Shown here: piece after piece, positions 1 through 7,277 of the stretch
Layout of the letters: each line of letters begins with the position of its first letter
How positions within the stretch are numbered: the stretch's first letter is position 1
From: Opitutaceae bacterium
GTDB taxonomy: Bacteria; Verrucomicrobiota; Verrucomicrobiia; Opitutales; Coraliomargaritaceae
Direction of reading: 5' to 3'
Length of the DNA: 64,000 nucleotides
NCBI GenBank assembly: GCA_051252375.1
Contig: JBPOFY010000002.1
Location: forward strand, 160,001 to 224,000
Notes under the pieces: model-generated
Seen by the model: the letters and a program-made list of their open reading frames with translations, nothing else
What the model was told of the DNA's origin: nothing
The model's database searches: none
Position numbers and translations under genes: made by a program

Positions 1-1
1 A

Positions 2-919
2 GTGAAGATCGAGACAGGTGATGATGACGAAACGGGCATGGTGAAAGTGTCTGAGCGTGAATACCCCTACATTCATGTGAGTAAGAAGGTGGCCTGGAAG
101 ACCTGCCAATGTGTGCACACGTTGATTGAGTTTCTTGAGTCGATCGGCATCGATAAAGGCTACATCAAAGACGGCAAGCAGCTCGTTTTTCACAAAGAGG
201 GTGAGATCGTAGAACTCTCCGTCTATGAGAATACAGAAACAATAGAACTACCGCTAACGGCCAAACAGAAGAAGGCTAAATTCCCCTTTGAACGGATTCC
301 GCAAACCAAAGAACAGCCTACTGGCATGTTAGGATTCAGCATCTCAATCCCAAAGGGTTGGGTGGCGGGGCAGGCCTACTGGAATGAGAGCGACAGGCTA
401 AAGCTGCCGGGGATAATTCCACGTATAGCCAGGCGAATAGACAAAGTCCTTAAAGTCCGCAGGGACGAAACACTGGATCGGGAACAACGTCGCCAGGAGT
501 ATCTCGCTCAGCAACGCATCGATGACCACCCGAAAATCATAGATGCACACAAGAAGCAGGTCGTTTCGAACCTAGAGAGCGCGACCTACTGGTGGACACG
601 TAGCCGGGAGCTAAAGGAATATGTAAAGACCTGCCAGTCAGACTGGGAGGCCAACCAAGTGGACGGCCTTACCTCAGACCAAGAAACATGGATCGAGTGG
701 GCTCTCAAACACGCAGAAAGGATGTCCCCCCGTGCATCAGGCTACCCCAACCCATCGACTGACGGGCCATTCGACTATGAAGCAATCCCGATCGGTGGCC
801 CCTACCCTGAAGTTACCACAGTCCCAGAATTGCCTGAAATTAAATTCAACATCAAGAATAGCGGATACAACCAGCAACAAGCCGAGTTTAGGTATCCATT
901 CTGGTTAAAGCATCAGTGA
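2..919 (+). CDS. Hypothetical protein of the island (probably 5'-truncated by the window edge)
   Basis: 305-aa ORF open from the window start, with a charged coiled-coil region and a WIEWA...AERMSP-type C-terminus; no recognisable catalytic motif. Confidence 0.7.
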   Translation: MKIETGDDDETGMVKVSEREYPYIHVSKKVAWKTCQCVHTLIEFLESIGIDKGYIKDGKQLVFHKEGEIVELSVYENTETIELPLTAKQKKAKFPFERIPQTKEQPTGMLGFSISIPKGWVAGQAYWNESDRLKLPGIIPRIARRIDKVLKVRRDETLDREQRRQEYLAQQRIDDHPKIIDAHKKQVVSNLESATYWWTRSRELKEYVKTCQSDWEANQVDGLTSDQETWIEWALKHAERMSPRASGYPNPSTDGPFDYEAIPIGGPYPEVTTVPELPEIKFNIKNSGYNQQQAEFRYPFWLKHQ

Positions 920-970
920 TGAATTCCCCTGCCCGAGCTAATAGGGTATTTTCGAAAGCTTGCCCCTTAA

Positions 971-1040
971 AGATACTGGTCGAGTTACGCAAACTGTAGC
1001 GCGAAGCGCGAAAGGAATTGAGTATACTGGCCGGTTCGGT
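971..1040 (-). repeat. attC-like site, degenerate R'
   Basis: Minus strand: ACCGAAC CGGCC AGT[A]TACT ...GCGCTTCGCGC... CGTAACT CGACC AGTATCT. R''/L''/L' spacing is as in attC, but R' is non-consensus. Confidence 0.6.
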
Positions 1041-1047
1041 GTTTGGT

Positions 1048-1335
1048 TTATTTGCCCTCGGAGTCTTGTAGCATTCGCTCGACGATTTCTCTGCTAAACA
1101 CTTCTTCTCCTTTTTGTGTTTTAATTCTGACAGGTCTGTTTTCTAGGTATTTAATTAGATAGTGAGTTAATACTCCAATAGGAACTGACCCCGCCCATGA
1201 GATTACAACGGGAACCCATTCTGTTCCTGTGTTCCTTTTTTCGATCACAGCCGGATGGCTTACCTTAACGCCCTCAGGCGCCGATGCTTCTAGCAACACC
1301 TGGAGTGGAGATTCAACTGTAAGTTCAATTTCCAT
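1048..1335 (-). CDS. Cassette-encoded small hypothetical protein (95 aa)
   Basis: ATG directly follows the core site GTTCTGT; stop lies 7 nt before R''. Confidence 0.75.
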   Translation of the reverse strand: MEIELTVESPLQVLLEASAPEGVKVSHPAVIEKRNTGTEWVPVVISWAGSVPIGVLTHYLIKYLENRPVRIKTQKGEEVFSREIVERMLQDSEGK

Positions 1336-1402
1336 ACAGAACGTAGAGGATGAGCATAGATGAGCGCAGCGAAATCTATGGTCTCACTCCGTCTTGATCA
1401 GC
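1336..1402 (-). repeat. attC site (67 bp) with R'' GCTGATC
   Basis: Minus: GCTGATC AAGAC GGA[G]TGAG ACCATAGATTTCGCTGCGCTCATCTATG CTCATCC TCTAC GTTCTGT. L''/L' pair perfectly with one extrahelical base; the stop codon of the upstream ORF is inside R''. Confidence 0.85.
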
Positions 1403-1790
1403 CTTCCATTTTTTTGATTTTATCAAATATGTCTGACCAAGTCGTAGTCCGTTCACAAAGTCTCTGAACGATAGGCTTAATGCAGTCGATCTCGTCCGGA
1501 GTCAACGATTCCAAATTACTTCCATAAAACTGAAAAAAGGAGGTAACCCTTAGATAGGTCTCAAGATATTCTTCTCTGATATGCAGAATCTTAGACATTC
1601 CTTTTCCCTCTCTTAACTCCTTCTCTATTGAGTAGAAGTGGTCGTATACTTGAAGTGATTTAGGAGGAAAAGGACCTCCGCCAATTTCCTCGCATCTCCT
1701 CTTAAGACTGTAATGACTTTCAAACTCAGATTGATCCATAAGTTTTATATCCACTAGGATTTTCGATCTCGCATCCACTGGACTAGCCAA
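1398..1790 (-). CDS. Cassette-encoded hypothetical protein (start uncertain)
   Basis: 130-aa ORF whose TGA lies in the attC R'' box. Confidence 0.65.
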   Translation of the reverse strand: MASPVDARSKILVDIKLMDQSEFESHYSLKRRCEEIGGGPFPPKSLQVYDHFYSIEKELREGKGMSKILHIREEYLETYLRVTSFFQFYGSNLESLTPDEIDCIKPIVQRLCERTTTWSDIFDKIKKMEG

Positions 1791-1963
1791 GTTCCAGCGG
1801 CAACGAGCGCACCAAACATGATAGACGTAATAATCACCCGAACAAAATATTCATCTACGCCCAATTCCCGCCCCGCACTGCAATTCGCTGGATTAATCGC
1901 CATTAAGGCGACCACAACAAGAAAAGCCCGAAGAGCATAAATGTTTCTTTTCTTATCTTTCAT
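1754..1963 (-). CDS. Cassette-encoded small membrane protein (two hydrophobic segments)
   Basis: 69 aa with two hydrophobic helices, 17 nt downstream of the lipoprotein gene. Confidence 0.6.
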   Translation of the reverse strand: MKDKKRNIYALRAFLVVVALMAINPANCSAGRELGVDEYFVRVIITSIMFGALVAAGTWLVQWMRDRKS

Positions 1964-1980
1964 AGAATTACCGAATCTGG

Positions 1981-2577
1981 TTAGTCTCTATATGCTGAGT
2001 TAGAGTCAGCTAATATTAGTCTAGTGGATTGAGCAACATACTCAAAGAACCATTCGTCATTCATTAACGAGCCACCCGAATCAGCTACAACCAAATATTT
2101 TACACCCTTTTTTAATCTAACCGTGAATTCCCCTTTGGGGTCGGTTATTATGAAATATTTATCCTTCAAGAATTCATGGAATTCCTCATTGTGGAAAGGA
2201 TATCTCCAGCTAGTATCCAATAAGCCCTTCGCAACGCTAAGACTCCTCCGTTGATCTTCTAATAGGCGACCTGAGTAGGGATTTCTTTTTTCCTGAGGCG
2301 TTGAATTATATCGGTCGAGTTTTTGATTATAATTCGCGACGTCTTCGTTATACTTCTGAACCTTTCGATCATATTCTTCCTTGCGCCATTGCTCTACGAA
2401 TAGCTCTGCTTCTGCCTTCTCTTTGCCATGGAGAAAGAACACTTTCATACCTGTGTGCGTGATAATTTCACCTTTCAAGTTGGGGCTGAACGCTAGGCCA
2501 TCGACTTGAATTTCCTTTTTGCAGCCAGTCACGAGAAGCGAAAGGAGTATGATTAGGAGTATTCTGTCGTGTTTCAT
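1981..2577 (-). CDS. Cassette-encoded lipoprotein
   Basis: Lipobox-like LLVTG-C after a hydrophobic signal; ATG lies 7 nt after the core site GATCAGC. Confidence 0.8.
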   Translation of the reverse strand: MKHDRILLIILLSLLVTGCKKEIQVDGLAFSPNLKGEIITHTGMKVFFLHGKEKAEAELFVEQWRKEEYDRKVQKYNEDVANYNQKLDRYNSTPQEKRNPYSGRLLEDQRRSLSVAKGLLDTSWRYPFHNEEFHEFLKDKYFIITDPKGEFTVRLKKGVKYLVVADSGGSLMNDEWFFEYVAQSTRLILADSNSAYRD

Positions 2578-2584
2578 TTTCTAT

Positions 2585-2651
2585 GCTGATCGTAGAGAGG
2601 ACTAATAGATGAGCGCCAGCGAAATCTATTGAGACGCTCGACTGGATCTAG
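2585..2651 (-). repeat. attC site (67 bp), R'' CTAGATC / R' GATCAGC
   Basis: Minus: CTAGATC CAGTC GAG[C]GTCT CAATAGATTTCGCTGGCGCTCATCTATT AGTCCTC TCTAC GATCAGC; same family as 1336-1402. Confidence 0.85.
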
Positions 2652-2667
2652 GGTTCAATGGTGCTCT

Positions 2668-2925
2668 TTATCGGATTCGTTTCTTTGCCAACTTGTAGCC
2701 GCCCCATGCTCCTAAGGATGCTAAAGCGACTGTTCCGACCGCAACTACAACGACGCCACCCACTGCCGTGCCTCCAACTGCTGCAAGGCCGGCCATGATG
2801 CCTGATCCTGAGAGTCCTCCACCTCCAAGCGCCGATACCGCTGCGACACCTCCGCCGACTCCAGCGCCAGTGCCAGCAATTCCACCTGCGCCAGTTCCTA
2901 TTTTTGTTTTAGTTTCTTTTTTCAT
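2668..2925 (-). CDS. Cassette-encoded glycine-rich hydrophobic small protein (glycine-zipper-like)
   Basis: 85 aa with GxxxG repeats and basic termini; sole ORF between two attC sites. Confidence 0.75.
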   Translation of the reverse strand: MKKETKTKIGTGAGGIAGTGAGVGGGVAAVSALGGGGLSGSGIMAGLAAVGGTAVGGVVVVAVGTVALASLGAWGGYKLAKKRIR

Positions 2926-2931
2926 TCTTTT

Positions 2932-2998
2932 CTAGATCGGTGAGGATGAGCACAGATGAGCGCAGCGAAATCAGTTGTCTCACTCCGTCTTGTTATGA
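2932..2998 (-). repeat. attC site (67 bp), R'' TCATAAC / R' GATCTAG
   Basis: Minus: TCATAAC AAGAC GGA[G]TGAG ACAACTGATTTCGCTGCGCTCATCTGTG CTCATCC TCACC GATCTAG. Confidence 0.85.
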
Positions 2999-3483
2999 TT
3001 TCGCATTTTTGTAGTCATACGGATTACATATTTCGTTTCTATGAACGCTAAGTAAATAGATACCGACCAACATGAAATCGAGATGAACGCCATTATCCCA
3101 AGTAGATCTATTTTAAAATAGGGAAAATCGATCAAAGTCTGATTAATTGGTAGCAACCCACCCTCGACTAATCCCCATGTAAGTGATGATACGAAAGATG
3201 CAATTAGCAAAACCGCGATCTTCTTGTGGGGCATCAATGAGATAATAGGCATTACCGCATCGCGATCACATTCATATATGTTAAAAATTAAATCAGCTAG
3301 TTCACTTTTACTGCTACCGAGCTGCTTTCTTGGTCCAACTCTTGAGGTGAAATCTTCAATGACAGATTCAACTCTTATTTTTCTTCTTTTTTCGAGTTGG
3401 TCGATCTTTGATTCTTCCCAAAGATATAAGCCTAGTTCGCCGGCAGCGAGTGCAAAGAAGATGTTGATTAATGAGAAATCCAT
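2980..3483 (-). CDS. Cassette-encoded membrane protein (about 3 TM)
   Basis: 167 aa with one N-terminal and two C-terminal hydrophobic segments; stop lies inside attC L''. Confidence 0.75.
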   Translation of the reverse strand: MDFSLINIFFALAAGELGLYLWEESKIDQLEKRRKIRVESVIEDFTSRVGPRKQLGSSKSELADLIFNIYECDRDAVMPIISLMPHKKIAVLLIASFVSSLTWGLVEGGLLPINQTLIDFPYFKIDLLGIMAFISISCWSVSIYLAFIETKYVIRMTTKMRNHNKTE

Positions 3484-3488
3484 TGCCT

Positions 3489-3680
3489 CTACTTTTTGGG
3501 AAGATCGAATTCTTTGTTCTTCACTCCTTGTATAAAATCATTCCATTCCTCTAAGGAAAAAGTGACTCCTTCGTTAGGTTTGGTAGAGTTTCTTACGCAG
3601 ATCTCTCTGTTTCCTATTTTCACCTGCACGCATCTTCCGCGCATGCAGTAACTACTAGTTCTGTATTGGTTGTTTTTCAT
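3489..3680 (-). CDS. DUF397-family small protein
   Basis: YRTSSYC..GRCVQV...ICVRNSTKP..GVTFSLEEWNDFIQGVK matches the remembered DUF397 pattern W(R)KSSYS..CVEVA..VRDSK.P...L.F...W..F..GV. Confidence 0.8.
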   Translation of the reverse strand: MKNNQYRTSSYCMRGRCVQVKIGNREICVRNSTKPNEGVTFSLEEWNDFIQGVKNKEFDLPKK

Positions 3681-3684
3681 ATTT

Positions 3685-3699
3685 TCATAACAGTATTAT
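3685..3699 (-). other. Array-proximal recombination site (attI-like or secondary site) ATAATACT-G|TTATGA
   Basis: GTTATGA is the exact complement of R'' TCATAAC of the first cassette; no attC hairpin lies upstream of it. Confidence 0.55.
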
Positions 3700-3711
3700 C
3701 AGTCACACCCA

Positions 3712-3848
3712 AAAAGTTACGAACTGGGCATGACTGTTGGGATATTTTCAATAATTTATAGACGCTAAAGGCTTAGTTCGTCAAGGTTTGGCTCGATCTA
3801 ACGTTAGTATTAAGAGAGGTTTGCGATTGTTACCAGTTCGTAACTTTT
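3712..3848. repeat. Perfect 16-bp inverted repeat flanking a 105-bp segment; a third imperfect copy at 3865-3879
   Basis: AAAAGTTACGAACTGG (3712-3727) and CCAGTTCGTAACTTTT (3833-3848); CCAATTCGTAACCTT at 3865-3879. Confidence 0.9.
3755..3784 (-). promoter_or_regulatory. Putative sigma70 promoter pointing into the cassette array
   Basis: TTGACG-N18-TATAAA on the minus strand, inside the inverted repeats. Confidence 0.5.
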
Positions 3849-4495
3849 ACAGCACTCCAAACTTCCAATTCGTAACCTTCACTCTCCGGTGAACCACCGA
3901 ATAGAAGCTTAGGCCAAGTCTACGCCCCGAGCTTGTGGAATGCTTTGAGAAAGTCCTTCCTGTTTTGATCGAAGCGCTGATGGCCGTCAAAATTCAAGCG
4001 TCGTTGATTCACTAAAAATGCTGGCATTATATATGCCCCAGGTGGAATTGCGCGCAAAGACAATCACGACGTCGACGTTGCTGTCCTTCCATCGGTTTAC
4101 CAGTTTATGGTTCTCTCCTGACGCCTCGACAGTCTTGATTTCATTAGAACCATTTAAGGTCGGCTTATGCGACTAATCAGCCCGCTAAGTTACGTGAATA
4201 CTCGTGAAGTGCTTTACACAGATGGTTGATTCCGGGCGAATCAAGCAGCAGATTGATCGTGCCACTTTAAGCTGATCTAGGGGCTGGTGAACAAGCCCAG
4301 AAAAGTAGCCGCTAAGGTGATCTGGGGACTCAGGCTCTGTGCTGTTGGTTGTTGCGCGCGACACCTTCACCACCCTGCATAAAGCAGTCCGTGCCCTGGC
4401 GGTGAAACACCCTCTCCCGCCGAGGATGAGCGCGGCCTACCCCAACCTCCGCCGCCTCCATATACTGATCATTAACGCTCTGGCTCCAGCCTCGG

Positions 4496-4678
4496 TTATC
4501 TCTTGGTCGTTTTGGTGGAGAAAGGATTGTTGTTGATATGGGTCGCAAGCAGTCGGTTGATCAACTGCGAGCGGTCAACGCCTAGCGCCTTCGCGCGCAC
4601 ATCCAGCTTTTCAAGTAGATCCGCCTCGATTCGGAGTGAAATCTGTTTGCCTTCATCGTATCTGCGTGGTCGTGCCAT
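4496..4678 (-). CDS. Ribbon-helix-helix (CopG/Arc-like) regulator
   Basis: KQISLRIEADLLEKLDVRAKALGVDRSQLINRLL shows the RHH beta-alpha-alpha pattern. Confidence 0.8.
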   Translation of the reverse strand: MARPRRYDEGKQISLRIEADLLEKLDVRAKALGVDRSQLINRLLATHINNNPFSTKTTKR

Positions 4679-4736
4679 AGTTTGGGTGCCGTGTTTATCG
4701 CCCTAGCTCCGGGCTATTCGTAAAATATCGTTATTT

Positions 4737-4820
4737 TGCATCCCAAGTCAATGTATTTTGGGATACAATTGGAATATCCCTAAATTAAACATTGACCAAT
4801 ATGTATCGTAATACAATACA
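4737..4820. promoter_or_regulatory. Divergent promoter/operator region between the two RHH genes
   Basis: Imperfect inverted repeat TGCATCCCAA...TTGGGATACA, a second ATGTAT...ATACAT palindrome, and TTGAC boxes on both strands. Confidence 0.45.
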
Positions 4821-4827
4821 TAGCGAT

Positions 4828-5013
4828 ATGGACAAGCAAATCAGCATCAGCCTGGACGAGCCGACTTATGACACACTCAAAGCAAAAGCGAGGGCCGAGG
4901 GGAGCCGCTCGATGGCTAGTTTGATTCGTGAGATCCTCGCGCGGTATTCGTCACGAGTGAATAAGCAACCGCCGATCCCGGCGGAAAATCTGGTATCAAC
5001 GCCAACAATCTAA
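4828..5013 (+). CDS. Ribbon-helix-helix regulator, divergent partner
   Basis: MDKQISISLDEPTYDTLKAKARAEGSRSMASLIREILARY; start taken at the ATG at 4828. Confidence 0.8.
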   Translation: MDKQISISLDEPTYDTLKAKARAEGSRSMASLIREILARYSSRVNKQPPIPAENLVSTPTI

Positions 5014-5023
5014 GCACCATACG

Positions 5024-5728
5024 ATGCCATCTCATCTACCTAAATCTGCGCCAGCTGGTCGGCAAACTGCCGAACAAACTGATTTCCTGACCGTCGTGGT
5101 CGGACTCCAACCCAAAGAGATCGAAGGGGGGTCTATTTTATCGGTGATGATTTCCAAGCTTGAGGAGCCTGGTCGATTGACTGGTGCCCAGCTTGCGCCG
5201 GGAATAATGCGTGCAGCTCTCATCCTACTACATGAGGGCGGGGTGCCGAAGGAAGCAGCGGACGAGCTAAAGATTCACTACTACATTGCTCAAACCAATC
5301 AGGCTGGATCTCTGGGAATTGTAGCAGTCAATAAAAAGGAGACAGATCAGCTGGCCGGTAATGTCGGCCGTCGGGCGCGCCTCTCGGATCTCCTACCGGG
5401 CTCGGATCAACCGATTGGAGCGCAGGAAAACTTAACCGTAAAAGAACCCGGCACGGAGGCCGGAGGTGTCCAGAATGGTGATCTGTCCGCACTAATGCCG
5501 CTTCCCCACGGTGCCGTGATCGCAGCTAGTCGGCGTGTGGTGGCACTAAAAGCGGATAAGGAGTCGGATCATATTCCGCAAGTCGTTGATCGTGTGGACG
5601 AGGACGCGCCAAACCCGCTGACAAACAATCAAGGTCAGGCGAGCGAGCCGGTCGAAGAGGCGGTGAGGTGGGTGCCCGGAAAAAAAGGGGCGGGGGGGGG
5701 GTCGGCGCGAAGCCGTGGTCACTGGTGA
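5024..5728 (+). CDS. Hypothetical protein (possibly a degenerate small-terminase-like gene)
   Basis: 234-aa ORF following the RHH gene; ends in a G-run typical of phage packaging regions. Confidence 0.45.
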   Translation: MPSHLPKSAPAGRQTAEQTDFLTVVVGLQPKEIEGGSILSVMISKLEEPGRLTGAQLAPGIMRAALILLHEGGVPKEAADELKIHYYIAQTNQAGSLGIVAVNKKETDQLAGNVGRRARLSDLLPGSDQPIGAQENLTVKEPGTEAGGVQNGDLSALMPLPHGAVIAASRRVVALKADKESDHIPQVVDRVDEDAPNPLTNNQGQASEPVEEAVRWVPGKKGAGGGSARSRGHW

Positions 5729-5774
5729 GTAATGAGTTTGAAGCTCGTAATTTTTTTTAACAAAGGAACCGATC

Positions 5775-6233
5775 ATGAAACAAAATACAGTATATGAGGT
5801 AGATGCGGCCACGCAGCTTGGTGTTGGCCGTAAGGTGCTTGTGGACTTACGTTTGAGGCTTCCCCTAGTCAAAGGGGAGCACTGGCGCTACGGGCAGAAT
5901 AAGAAGGTTTATTACAAACCGGCCGGATTGGTGTTGCTGTTAGAGGCGCTGGAAATTCCGCCCGAAAATCCACCCTCCGAAACCGCCAAAATCACCCCCC
6001 TCCCCTCAATCACGGCGCAAGCAGTCATAATACGCGCTGTGGTGGCTCATGTGCCCGGCAACACGAAGATACTGGAATGCCGCTCAAAAGAGGCAGAAGG
6101 CGTGATAGTGGTGCGCGTGCAGGATAATCGCAAGTGGGTGCCGGGAATGAAGCTAACAGTGCGCAAGGCGATGGAGATCCCGTCGCTCTGGTATCTGGAA
6201 GGTCGAAGCCCACGCAGAAAGGGGCAAATGTAA
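5775..6233 (+). CDS. Phage-related hypothetical protein, N-terminal HTH-like region
   Basis: RBS AAGGA; EVDAATQLGVGRKVL..L..GEHW motif; stop overlaps the rep start (TAATG). Confidence 0.65.
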   Translation: MKQNTVYEVDAATQLGVGRKVLVDLRLRLPLVKGEHWRYGQNKKVYYKPAGLVLLLEALEIPPENPPSETAKITPLPSITAQAVIIRAVVAHVPGNTKILECRSKEAEGVIVVRVQDNRKWVPGMKLTVRKAMEIPSLWYLEGRSPRRKGQM

Positions 6234-7072
6234 TGCAGGGGTTTGCGAAATTTTGGCGCAAGTTTTTCGAGTGGGAGTGGTATCAAGATGCCAATACGGC
6301 ACGGGTATTTTTCCATCTAATAATGGTAGCCAATCACAAAGATAGTCATTGGCGCGGCCATGTGGTCAAGCGCGGCCAAACGATAACCGGCACTCACAAA
6401 TTGGCGACAATATTGAAGATTCCAAGGGGCCAAATACGCACTGCTTTAAAGAACCTCCAGATGACCAATGAAATAACCATCCGGGCAACCAACCTCTTTT
6501 CTGTCATAACTATCTGCAATTACGACGCTTACCAAGATCGAGACGCCACTGGCAACCAGCCAGTTGACAAGCCAACAGCCAGCCAGCCAGCCAATGAGCA
6601 ACCAGCCAGTCAACCAACCAGCGACCATCAAACGACCACTAACAAGAATGATAAGAATGATAAAGAAGAAAAGAATGAGAAGAAGGTGGAGCGCCACCTT
6701 CAACTATTTTTATCAATGCTGGAAAACTTCGGACGCAATGCTTCAACAGGGCGGGCTCTAAAAGCGACTTACCGGCGGTTGCTGGAATACCGCATTGAAT
6801 CTGGCTTTCCGGTGAACGCCGAAACTGTTCGCCGCGATGCTGAATACTGCGCAGGCCGTAGGACGCAGCATAGAAAATGGAACCCCCCCCTTGAAGAACC
6901 GCCCCCGGCGCTAATTTTGGCGGAGCTGATGTCGAAGACCATAGCGCATGGCAAGTTTACGATGTGGTATTACGACGGCACGTTTAAGCTGCTAATGGCT
7001 GGTGCGCGCGATGAAGAAATAGAACCCCCCGTTAAAAAGGAACGCCGCTCGGCGTTTCACGAGGGCCTGTAA
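6233..7072 (+). CDS. Phage-type replication initiator (replisome organiser / protein O-like)
   Basis: N-terminus GFAKFWRKFFEWEWY...FFHLIMVANH...VKRGQ...ITICNYDAYQ is typical of phage initiators, followed by an iteron-like linker and K/E/N-rich tract. Confidence 0.8.
   Translation: MQGFAKFWRKFFEWEWYQDANTARVFFHLIMVANHKDSHWRGHVVKRGQTITGTHKLATILKIPRGQIRTALKNLQMTNEITIRATNLFSVITICNYDAYQDRDATGNQPVDKPTASQPANEQPASQPTSDHQTTTNKNDKNDKEEKNEKKVERHLQLFLSMLENFGRNASTGRALKATYRRLLEYRIESGFPVNAETVRRDAEYCAGRRTQHRKWNPPLEEPPPALILAELMSKTIAHGKFTMWYYDGTFKLLMAGARDEEIEPPVKKERRSAFHEGL
6552..6685 (+). repeat. Iteron-like repeats and A-rich tract inside rep (putative origin)
   Basis: GCAACCAGCCAGT at 6552 and 6598, CAGC tandem units, then AAGAATGA repeats. 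Confidence 0.6.
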
Positions 7073-7091
7073 ATTGACCTAAGAAATAATT

Positions 7092-7277
7092 ATGACAACT
7101 GATGCAAATGACAGTATAATGGCGCTGAGAGCCCGGCAATTGGCCGACGCGGCGCGCTTGCTAAATCTATCAAATGACCTTTGCGAAAGGGTGCTGCAAG
7201 ACAGCGGCGATTGTGTGGATTTTCGCTTAGTGAGGTTGCAGATTGATTCGGCGCAAATCGCTAAAAGTCAACGCTAG
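7092..7277 (+). CDS. Small hypothetical protein
   Basis: 61-aa ORF just downstream of rep, same orientation. Confidence 0.4.
   Translation: MTTDANDSIMALRARQLADAARLLNLSNDLCERVLQDSGDCVDFRLVRLQIDSAQIAKSQR

Noticed and set aside
1336..2998. Repeated AGATGAGCGC(C)AGCGAAATC units as a CRISPR array
   Set aside because: The repeats are separated by whole genes of variable length and have attC box structure; no cas genes are present.
3224..3535. 103-aa plus-strand ORF
   Set aside because: Antisense shadow of the cassette membrane-protein gene.
3681..3710. dif/Xer site
   Set aside because: Only a partial resemblance to the XerD arm and no XerC arm; better explained as the cassette core site.
3880..4490. 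Integron integrase or its pseudogene next to the array head
   Set aside because: Only short ORFs, with no tyrosine-recombinase R-H-R-Y motifs that I could see.
6134..6232. N-terminal extension of the replication protein
   Set aside because: Overlaps the upstream gene; the TAATG-coupled start at 6233 matches the family N-terminus.
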